The notes below the pieces were generated by a model that was not told the DNA's origin, ran no database searches, and saw only the letters and a list, made by a program, of their open reading frames with translations. A DNA stretch of 64,000 nt from an uncultured Bacteroidales bacterium (GTDB lineage: Bacteria > Bacteroidota > Bacteroidia > Bacteroidales > VadinHA17), in assembly GCA_963730615.1 (NCBI GenBank), contig CAVSSR010000006.1, positions 488,389 through 552,388 on the forward strand, read 5' to 3'. The position numbers were made by a program, and so were the translations under genes. Positions 44,801 through 53,694 of this stretch are shown piece by piece. Numbering within the stretch: position 1 is the first letter of the stretch; each line of letters begins with the position of its first letter.

Positions 44801-44873
44801 CTGAAGATATCGCGGACGAAAATGAAGTAAATAACAGCAATGCCAGACAGATTATATGGCTTGGCAGATTCAT
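41807..44873 (-). pseudogene. TPR-repeat CHAT-domain (caspase-like) protease with signal peptide and C-terminal TM anchor, one frameshift near 42850
   Basis: Fragment 42771..44873 has signal MNLPSHIICLALLLFTSFSSA and many TPR-like repeats. Fragment 41807..42862 is the CHAT domain, with His context KIIHLAMHT and Cys context VVLSSCNTGTG. The C-terminus YYWATLVIYGD... is followed by the TM segment LYSALLLFLLASAILVATVY. Confidence 0.8.
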
Positions 44874-45086
44874 CGGGGTGGTTCTTCTTTCTTTCCGGAT
44901 GTAAAATTAGAAAACTATTCCATACCCTGTCATGAAGTTTTTTCGGCTATTTTACAGAACTGATAATGAACCAGATATAATTTTTTTAAAAAATAATTGA
45001 TTTTTTTGTGTCACAAATGACCACTTTCTGACATGTACGGTATAAAGTGAATATAAACCCTGAATTATTAATAAAGATCTAAAGAG

Positions 45087-45224
45087 ATGAATACCCTGAA
45101 AACTGAAAACTTCGCTGAGTATGTTCTTTCAAATGAGGAGCTGATAAATGTACGTGGTGGTATTGGTGGCCCGGTAATGGTTGACAAAGACCCTACCAAA
45201 CCTCCTATTATTATTGAGTTATAA
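45087..45224 (+). CDS. 45-aa double-glycine-leader peptide precursor (candidate exported signalling peptide or bacteriocin-like peptide)
   Basis: Absent from the ORF track because it is under 60 aa. Own translation: MNTLKTENFAEYVLSNEELINVRGG|IGGPVMVDKDPTKPPIIIEL. The stretch LSNEELINVRGG matches the classical leader consensus L-S-x-x-E-L-x-x-[IV]-x-G-G. A C39 ABC exporter lies 4 kb away. Confidence 0.7.
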   Translation: MNTLKTENFAEYVLSNEELINVRGGIGGPVMVDKDPTKPPIIIEL

Positions 45225-45426
45225 TTCTGCGACGACAGCCGTTTTGACGGCCTGACTATATATATTTCAAGGGTGATGATGCCACTGGCACTTCACCCGG
45301 TGACGGTACACAACATGCCTGGGTGCAGGCATCATTGCCCGAAAGGTGCACTGAAAAGTGTTGAAAATTGTAATATACTGTTTGACAGTTTATTATAGGA
45401 TATAATGATATAATAATACTTATGAT

Positions 45427-46170
45427 ATGAAGACGATTAATGTCAACAACACAATCGAGAATTACCTCAGCGGTTCCACAGGCAAGGCTGAAGAGACATG
45501 GCTGAAGGAGGAGATGCAGAGGGATCCTGACCTTGCCAGGGAGGTTACTCTCAGGCAGAGGACGGATGCGATTCTGGCTGACAAAAGTATCATTGACCTG
45601 AGGACAAAACTCGGGATAATAGAGATGAAAAAGCGCTCGGGGGGAACCTTCCGAAAGACAGCTGCCAGGGCAGCCAGCTATGCGGCGGCAATACTTCTTG
45701 CCGTCCTCATTTCTTCAGCATTGTATCTTGCTCTCCGGCCAGGGTCGAATGATGCGCTCTTTAACAAGTATTATGCACGGTATGAATCTCCCGGTGCTGT
45801 CAGATCTGTTGTCAATTCCGGCAACACCCTGATGGAGAATGCTATAGCCTCATACACTGCAAAGGAGTATGATAAAGCGATCGGCTATCTTGAGCAGGTC
45901 ATCAGTGCAGAACAGGGCGACATGGAATCAGTATTTATGCATGGTATGGCCAATATGGAAGTGAAGAACTACCCGGTGGCAAGCGGGTCATTCACAAAGG
46001 TGATAGAGCATAATGATAACCTCTATCTTGAAGATGCTGCGTGGTATCTCGGCCTCTGTTATATGATGACTGATGAAACGGATAAAGCTGTGAAACAGTT
46101 CAACGCTATATCGGCATCAGGGAGCAGATACAGCAAAGAGGCAGCAAAACTTGCACGCAGACTGAAATAA
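45427..46170 (+). CDS. single-pass membrane protein, anti-sigma-factor-like N-terminus plus extracytoplasmic TPR domain
   Basis: 247 aa. The cytoplasmic roughly 75 aa (IENYLSGSTGKAEETWLKEEMQRDPDLAREV...) are followed by the TM segment AASYAAAILLAVLISSALYLAL. C-terminal TPR-like helices follow (AIASYTAKEYDKAIGYLEQVI...AAWYLGLCYMMTDETDKAVKQF). Confidence 0.55.
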   Translation: MKTINVNNTIENYLSGSTGKAEETWLKEEMQRDPDLAREVTLRQRTDAILADKSIIDLRTKLGIIEMKKRSGGTFRKTAARAASYAAAILLAVLISSALYLALRPGSNDALFNKYYARYESPGAVRSVVNSGNTLMENAIASYTAKEYDKAIGYLEQVISAEQGDMESVFMHGMANMEVKNYPVASGSFTKVIEHNDNLYLEDAAWYLGLCYMMTDETDKAVKQFNAISASGSRYSKEAAKLARRLK

Positions 46171-46194
46171 ATTGCGAATCTTCCAGGCTTTCAG

Positions 46195-46935
46195 ATGATA
46201 AACAAACCTCAAATAATAGCAGGCGTATCGCATGAGGTGCGGACACAGATGAACTCAATCGTTGCGTTTTCATATCTCCTGAACAACACCAGGTTCAGTG
46301 ACAATGAAAGGCAGGAGTTCTCTGATCAGATAATTACCTCATGTGAACAACTGATAGGTCTGTTTGAAAATTTCTTTGACACGGCTGTCCTTGAGTCCGG
46401 CTCATCAAAAGCAAGCCTCCGGGAAACGGACGCCGGAAAACTGTTCGAGTCACTTACCTCAGAATTCAGGGTTTTAATGAGGAAAAAGGGCAAAGACAAT
46501 ATTATTCTAATTCAGGAGGATAATCTTCCGGATAAGCTGATGCTGAGAATTGACAAGGCACGGACAGTCAGGATACTCAGTAACCTCTTCAGGAACGCAC
46601 TCGACAATACTTTCTCAGGGTTTATAAAGCTCGGGTGCACCTTCCATGATGAAATAATAACCTATTACATTATAGATTCTGGCCAGGGTTTTTCAAACAG
46701 CAGCCCCCTGCTGCTTTCCGATAATCCTGAGATCCAATATTCCGACAGTCAGGATACCTATTCCGCTATGAATTTAATCCTGGCCAGAAATCTTATTTTA
46801 GCATTGGATGGCAAAATCAGGGTTGAGACCAACGATGCTGGCGGTACTTCTGTGTATGTTTCATTACCGGCAAAAGAAAGTTCAGGGTTAAAAATACTAA
46901 CCGGTTCTTCTTCGGAAAACAGGATTGCAATCTGA
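46195..46935 (+). CDS. soluble histidine kinase consisting only of DHp (HisKA) and HATPase_c domains
   Basis: 246 aa. The H-box is GVSHEVRTQMNSI, the N-box is LFRNALDNT and the G1-like motif is IIDSGQGF. It has no TM segment, no sensor domain and no receiver domain. Confidence 0.75.
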   Translation: MINKPQIIAGVSHEVRTQMNSIVAFSYLLNNTRFSDNERQEFSDQIITSCEQLIGLFENFFDTAVLESGSSKASLRETDAGKLFESLTSEFRVLMRKKGKDNIILIQEDNLPDKLMLRIDKARTVRILSNLFRNALDNTFSGFIKLGCTFHDEIITYYIIDSGQGFSNSSPLLLSDNPEIQYSDSQDTYSAMNLILARNLILALDGKIRVETNDAGGTSVYVSLPAKESSGLKILTGSSSENRIAI

Positions 46936-46975
46936 TTTTTCTGAAGTTTATTACAGTCTGATAAAAGTCGACATG

Positions 46976-47005
46976 AGGGGGGCACCAGTTCCCCCCTTAT
47001 TTATT
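46976..47005 (+). terminator. candidate terminator hairpin after the histidine kinase gene
   Basis: G6 (46977-46982) pairs with C6 (46991-46996) around an 8-nt loop, followed by TTATTTATTT on the plus strand. It sits in the convergent gap with the OmpA-family gene. Confidence 0.45.
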
Positions 47006-48940
47006 TGTACCTTCTGAAAGAATTGTTATCTCAGTGCGCCTGTTCAGTTTCTTCCCTGCAGGTGTTTCATTGTCAGATACAGGTGAACCCTCTCCGTAAC
47101 CGTGTGTAAAGAGACGGTCAGCTTTCACACCTCTTTTAACGAGATATTCCTTAACTGAATTCGCTCTCCGTTCCGACAGCAGGTTGTTATGTTCGTCAGT
47201 GCCGTCGGCATCGGTGTGGCCCCCGATCTCGACTACAACAGTTTGATTGATTGTCAGGAATTCCAGAAGTTTCTCAAGCTCAGGCATTGATTCTTCAAGC
47301 AATTCCCATGAATCTGTATTGTAGAAGACGTTATACATCCTCATATACTCTCCCTTTCTGACTTTGTTAAGCCCGATAGTCTTTTTGTACGGTTCAGTTG
47401 TAGTGTATCCCTCTTCAAAATCAAAGTTCTCCGAATAGATCATGTATCCGTCAGCGGTCACATTGAGTCCGTACCTGAAGCCTGACGGCAGGCAGACAAA
47501 AAAACCGCCCTCGCTATCCGTAGCAGAGCCTATCACCTTGCTCCTGTTTGTAAGATCTGTCAGTTCAAACCTGGCTTTGAGTGGTCTGCCGTTTTCCCTG
47601 TCAATTACCGAGCCCTTCAGGTATGACACAGGCTCAGGCTGGACGGACTCCGGAAGGTTGATAAAATAAATGTCTTTACCTTTTGACTTTTCCCTGACAG
47701 AAGAGAAGAAAGCCCTCTTTCCGGAAGATTCAATTATCAGTCCCGTTTCATCCGCAGGTGTATTTATTGCCGGGCCCAGATTCTCAGGGTTCAGTCCATG
47801 ATGAATCTGCATTGAGTTTTGACAGGTAGATATCGTGACCTCCGAACGATTCTCTGCCGTCAGACGAGAAATAGAGTGTTTTGCTGTTGAAATAAATAAA
47901 TGGAGAGAATTCATTCACCGGCAGTGTTGATTGTTTTCCCGGGGTTGACCGGCTTGCTCCATTTGCCGTCGTTGCCCAGGATTGAGTACCATATATCCAT
48001 TCCTCCCATCCCTCCCGGCCTGTTGCTGACGAAGAACAGCATTCTGCCGTTCGGGCTTATTGATGGCTGTGACTCCCAGTAGGTTGAATTTACTGGTTGC
48101 CCTAAGTTGGTGCCCGGTGACCACCTTTTGCCGTCGAATACCGTGTAATATAAATCGCAACGGCCCTGGCCGTCATTCCGGTCACACGCAGTGAAGTACA
48201 TTGAGTGGCCGTCTGAGGCTATTGACTGCGCCCCTTCGTTGCCTGCAGTGTTTAGCGGGGCGCCGGCATTCCGGGCCAGGCCCCAGTATCCGCCAGAAGT
48301 CCACCTGCTTATATAAAAATCCTCCTGTCTGTCGCGACCGTATGCGCTTGCACGCCTGACCTCGCGGGTGAAGAACAGTTCTGAGCCGTCACCTGTTACC
48401 GATGGCCAGTATTCATCAGATTCAGTGTTGACCGAGTCACCGACACTCAGAGGTTCGGTCTGAAAGAGTGATCCCGGGATATGAAAGGGCAAAGATGCAG
48501 TTTGAGATAAACATCTCTGCATCAGAACGCAGCTTTGGGGTTGTCTTTGGCTGGCTGAGGTAGGCTTCAAGGTGGTTTTTTGCCTCCTGATACCGTCCGG
48601 TGCGCATCTCTGCCTTGCCAAGATTATAGAGCGCCGGTGTGAAATACAGAGAGTCGACGGAAACAGCCTTGCTGTAGTGCGTCACTGCCTTTTCCCATTC
48701 ACCCTGATCGCTGTACAGCTGACCGAGCAGGATATGGGCTTCATAGAACTGCCCGTCTTCAGCGACGGCTATCTTCAGGTTTGTCTCGGCCCGGTCAAGA
48801 TACAGCATTTCATAATCCCTTTTGCCAAGGTCATAGTACTTCAGCGCCCTTCCTGAACGGGTGTGAAGGCTCTGGCCGGTGACCGAACACTGGTTCAGCA
48901 GCAGCAATGACAGCGCTATTATGATGTTTCTGAATCTCAT
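46997..48940 (-). pseudogene. OmpA-family protein (N-terminal TPR, TolB-like beta-propeller repeats, C-terminal OmpA peptidoglycan-binding domain), at least two frameshifts
   Basis: Fragments 48437..48940 (signal plus TPR), 47911..48621 (WD40-like/TolB repeats: EYWPSVTGDGSELFFT..., SISPNGRMLFFVSNRPGG) and 46997..47914 (EIGGHTDADGTDEHNNLLSERRANSVKEYL). Confidence 0.8.
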
Positions 48941-49567
48941 TCAGGGAATATGCATGAATTTATGTGCCTGCAATGAAACAGCCCATTTTGTGTTTCTCTT
49001 TACATATTCAGTTATTTCTGCAATCATTTCAGTGTAACGGCTCCATTCGGGCTGCAGCAGCAGTCTGCATCCGGGGCTGACCCTGGAACAGTACGACTCT
49101 GCTGCCTCAAAATCAGTGCCATCCATGACGATGACCTTCAGCTCATCTGCCATGAGCCATATATCAGGCATAGGTGGTGAGCCTTTTTTTGGTGACAGAG
49201 TGATCCAGTCCCAATTGCCTGAAAGAGGAAAGGCCCCCGAGGTTTCGAGGTAAGTTCTGATGCCTTTCTTTTTGAGGAGGTCACACAAAGGCGTCAGGTT
49301 CCACATCAGCGGTTCACCTCCGGTAACGACTACAGAATCAGCTCCTGCTGCAACAACATTAGCTGCAATCATATTTATATCCACTTCAGGATGCATGTCA
49401 GCGTTCCATGCAAATTTAGTATCACACCAGCTGCATCCGATATCGCATCCGCCTATCCTTATGAAATACGCAGCCCTGCCTGTATTGCATCCCTCCCCCT
49501 GTATAGAATAAAACTCTTCCGCAAGGGGAAGGTGAAGCCCGTCATTATTCTCCTGCAGTTTACCCAT
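48941..49567 (-). CDS. queE: 7-carboxy-7-deazaguanine synthase (radical SAM)
   Basis: Motifs EEFYSIQGEGCNTGRAAYFIRIGGCDIGCSWCDTKFAW and the cluster motif C-x3-C-x2-C. Confidence 0.88.
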   Translation of the reverse strand: MGKLQENNDGLHLPLAEEFYSIQGEGCNTGRAAYFIRIGGCDIGCSWCDTKFAWNADMHPEVDINMIAANVVAAGADSVVVTGGEPLMWNLTPLCDLLKKKGIRTYLETSGAFPLSGNWDWITLSPKKGSPPMPDIWLMADELKVIVMDGTDFEAAESYCSRVSPGCRLLLQPEWSRYTEMIAEITEYVKRNTKWAVSLQAHKFMHIP

Positions 49568-49570
49568 TAT

Positions 49571-50664
49571 TTATTTCTTCTTCAGGGAAAGGAGTCTGAC
49601 AAAGTCACTGAAAAGTTCAGTGTTTTGCTGCACTCCGGAAAAGGCACCGGCACCCGGACCGAATGCAAAGACAGGCACCATTACAGCCGGTGTGGCCGTT
49701 GGTGCTGAATGAGCCGGTCACCGTACTGTCTTCAACGTCTCCTCCGGTTATGCTTAAACCGCCCGTCTCGTGGTCTGCGGTAACAACAATAAGAGTATTG
49801 CCATCCTTTCGGGCATATTCATAGGCAACTTTACGGCCCTGTCCATATCAAGAGTCTCCTCTATGGATCTTTTTATATTATTGTCATGGCCTGCCCAGTC
49901 GATCTGTGAACCTTCAACCATGAGAACGAATCCGTTTTTATTCCGGGAAAGCACTTCAATGGCTTTTGCAGTGGCAGCAGCAAGGTATTCGGGATCACGG
50001 CCCGTATCAATGTAGCGGCATATCACCATCGTGCCATAAGGCCGGCAATACGAGGTGATGAGGATTTCTTAAGGTCAGTCGAGATTATATACAACATCAT
50101 AACCCATTTTCGGTCAGGTCAGTCACGTCAGATCGGTTAGAATCCTTCCGTGACCCTGAAATGATTTACCCCGCCGCCTATAAAAACATCTGCAGTGCCT
50201 TTGAGGAACCACTCGGGCTATGTCTTCATAGCTCCCTGCTTGATGCATCATGCGCTATAAATGAGGCCGGGGTGGCATGCGTAACAGTGCTTGTGCTTAC
50301 GACCCCGGTAGATAGCCCTGCTGATTTTGCGAGTCTCCATTAATGTTGTGCAGTACTGTACTGTCGGGACGCACAGCCAGCATGCCGTTATTCGTCTTCT
50401 CTCCCGTCGATATAGCTGTGCCACCGGCAGCTGAGTCAGTAATATAGCTGTTTGCTGGAATATGTTATGCTGAAACCCGTTACAGGAAAGGCGGGGAATG
50501 TCATTGTAAATCCTGATAATGTCATACCGGCATATACCTGAGCCACACCCATACCGTCGCCAATGAAAATAATCAGGTTTTTTGGCTTCTTCCTGTCGCT
50601 TCCCGCGGACAGTTAAAGTAATAATTATCAATAAAATAGTACTCAAATAAAGTAACTTTTTCAT
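49571..50664 (-). pseudogene. alkaline phosphatase (PhoA family), heavily disrupted with many frame changes
   Basis: Homology is readable only by hopping frames. Successive segments are MKKLLYLSTILL... / NLIIFIGDGMGVAQVYAGM / YITDSAAGGTAISTGEKTNNG / AKSAGLSTGVVSTSTVTHATPASFIAHD / GTADVFIGGG / VEGSQIDWAGHDNN / TADHETGG. Only two fragments of 60 aa or more survive (50248..50664, 49754..50029). Confidence 0.8.
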
Positions 50665-50681
50665 ATTATATTCAGTATTAA

Positions 50682-52408
50682 TTAATTATTTCCAAAAAGC
50701 AGTTTCTTTTCACGCTTTGCAGCCTCTGTTGCCCACTGTTCAGGAATGACTTTCCATTCAGACTGTGGTACGGGGGTTATCTCACCTTTTTCCTTTATCC
50801 ATTCCGTCATATAGTATCTCAGGTCACGCGTGGTTGCCGAGATCACACGTTGGTCAAGCATTTCGTGAGTTATGCCTGCTGCCGCGAAGTGACCGCCGCC
50901 ACCGTTGGCCCTGTAAGAATTAACTGCCACTGTGTAAGTAGCTGTCAGGGTGGAAGGGAGAGCCGTCACTCATGGAGGTGATAGTTACCCTTTTTCCTTC
51001 CGGTTTGGTTACATCAACAGTGTAACGAATGCCCATGGCGGAGTCAAAATTATAAGAGGCACTGCGCAACCGGAGGGTTCCGTTTACTATTACCGGTTCT
51101 CCGCTTTCGGTGTAACGGTACCTGAGCAGGTAGTCCTTGCGGTTGTCCATTGTATCAAACCATAATCCGTATGAATGTTCAAGGTGAAGATCAATCTCCC
51201 TGCCGGTCATTTTCACAGTATAAAGGAAGTTTTCAAACCGGTATAGCCTGAACATATCCCTGATCCTGATTCGGACCTTCACTGATCTGTTCGTCAAAAG
51301 AAAGAGGGGCAGCAAGAGATATGTCTGCTCCGCTGATATCCAGCTGTATACGGTGTATCAGGTCAACAAACGCTGAAGGTCCGAAAAAGGCGTCACGTGT
51401 AGTCACAGTGGCATTTGACCTGCCTATTACTTCGGCGGTATAATCTTTCAGAGTGTCGGATACGCCTTTATATTTATTAATGAAGTCCGGTGAAGCCGGA
51501 AGGGTGTTCATTTCTATCAGCCTGCCGGTGATTTCATACTTTCCTTTTCCTTCAGTTTTTTTCCGCCGGGAGATATTTGCATGCATAAGTACTTCGGCTC
51601 TGCTGCCGCCATCAATCAGAAGCACATCTTCTCCGGCCGTGTTTGCTATTTCCTTGATGTCCTGCCTGTGATCATGACCGCAGAAGATCAGATCAAAGCC
51701 CGGCACATTGGCTGCCACCGCTATCGAACTGTTCTCGTCGTCACCCTTCTCATTCTCATCACCCATGCCTGAGTGAAACAATCCTACGATCAGGTCGGGA
51801 TTCTCCTTCTGCATGACAGGCATCCATTTTTCGGCAGTTTTAACCATATCATCGAACCTGATGCCGGAATACAGGGACTCAGGCAACCAGTTAGGCACAG
51901 ACGGGGTGATCAGTCCGAAAACGATGATCTTCAACCCTTTCTTCCTGATGACGGTATATGGCTCAAAATATGGTTCGCCTGTTCTGATGTCAATTGCATT
52001 TGCAGCCAGCATGGGAAAGTTATATTCGCGTCTCAGCCTGTCATAGACGGGATGACCGGCCTCAATATCATGATTGCCTGCTGTTGAAGCATCATAGTGC
52101 AGGTAGTTAAGAATGTCAGCAACGACATGTTCCCTGGTGGTATCAACAAAATTGTAATAATATGCCAGCGGGTCCCCCTGGATAATGTCTCCGTTATCAA
52201 GCAGAAGGATATTCTCACTGCCCTCTGAATCAACCAGGGAAGCAAGGTTGGCAAGTGAATGGTCAGTAGCCTTTCCGTCAGTGTTGTCAAACGGAAGCAG
52301 CATGCCGTGAAGGTCAGTGGTGACATAAATATTTAATCCCTTTGGTGCAGTGCACCCGGAGAGCAAACACAAAATAAGTATGAACAGTGACAGTGGCCTG
52401 ATCCTCAT
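50682..52408 (-). pseudogene. bifunctional metallophosphatase / 5'-nucleotidase (UshA-like) lipoprotein, two frameshifts
   Basis: Fragment 51233..52432 has ATG 52408, signal MRIRPLSLFILILCLLSGC and motifs TTDLHG, NGDIIQGD, GNHD and CGHDH. Fragments 50920..51315 and 50682..50969 form the 5'-nucleotidase C-terminal domain. Confidence 0.85.
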
Positions 52409-52505
52409 CTGAATGTTTTTTTGGGTTTCCAAATATAACCATTAACAATAACAATGAGATATCCGGAACTGTTGCGTCGGCAGTTCTGTTTTTTAATATT
52501 TTTGT

Positions 52506-53617
52506 ATGACTATGAAAACACTCTCAGGGCTGGATGTCGTCTCAATGCACATGCCGTCAGGCCTGCGCGGTAAGAAGGCCGGTATTCTTTGCCATGCTTC
52601 AAGCATCACTTCTGATTTCAGATATATAACCGAGGTCTTCGGAAGTGAAAGCGGGTGCCGGATAGCTGCTCTCTTCGGTCCGCAGCACGGTATTTTCGGA
52701 CAGACCCAGGATAACATGATCGAGTGGGAAGGCAGGACTGACCCGGTGCTGGACATACCTGTGTACAGTCTCTACGGTGAACACCGGAAACCCACACCGG
52801 AAATGCTCAACGGCCTTGACGTTTTGGTGATTGACCTCCAGGATGTTGGCGCAAGACTGTATACTTATATCTGGACTGTCAAACTGTGCATGGAAGCATG
52901 TGCTGAGGCAGGCATCCCCATTTATATTCTTGACAGGCCAAACCCGATTGGCCGTGTACAGGCAGACGGGCCGGTGCTCAGTAGAAGAGTTTTTTACTTT
53001 CGTCGGAGGCGCCACAATACCGCTCTGTCACCGCATGACAATCGGTGAGATGGCGATATGGATAAAGGAGAAATATGAGCCCGGGTGTGACCTTCATGTC
53101 ATCAGGGCTGAGGGATGGAGCCGCAATTCACTCTACCGTGAGACTGGCCTCCCATGGGTCCTCCCATCCCCTAATATGCCGACACCGGAGTCCGCACTTG
53201 TTTACCCGGGCACTGTGCTGGCCGAAGCACTTAATATTTCAGAAGGACGCGGGACGGTCATACCATTTGAACTTATCGGCGCACCTTTCATTAACGGCAC
53301 ACGGCTTCTGAATGAACTGAGAAGCAGGAATATTCAGGGCTGCAGTTTCCGCATTCATGACTTCATACCTACATTTAATAAATATGCAGGCCATCGATTG
53401 CCACGGTATACAGATCCACGTGACGGATGCTTCAATCTTCAGACCGGTGGCAACAGCCCTCCATCTCTTCGATGCTATAATAAAGACTTCACCTGCAGGC
53501 TCTCTTACTTTTAACCCGCCTCCGTATGAGTATGAATACAGGTTGATGCCATTTGACATTCTTTCAGGCGACAGCCGTATGCGCGAGGTGCTTGAAAAGG
53601 GTTTATCGCTGGCATGA
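52506..53617 (+). pseudogene. DUF1343 family protein (NamZ-like exo-beta-N-acetylmuramidase family), at least two frameshifts
   Basis: Fragments 52506..53048 (GILCHASSITSDF...ALFGPQHGIFGQTQDNM...VIDLQDVGARLYTYI), 52831..53514 and 53357..53617. Confidence 0.75.
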
Positions 53618-53694
53618 TGAGATCTCAAGATGGGATGCCTCAATTGAATCATTCAATAATGAATTCAGTCAAATGACATTGTATCCCGAATAGA

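Noticed and set aside
44874-45086. Recognisable ECF-type or Bacteroidota-type promoter upstream of the GG-leader peptide, including the short palindrome TGTCA-N15-TGACA
   Set aside because: The region is AT-rich and contains TTTG-like elements. I could not identify a convincing -33/-7 or ECF -35/-10 pair by eye, and a 5-bp palindrome is expected by chance. No promoter feature is therefore reported.
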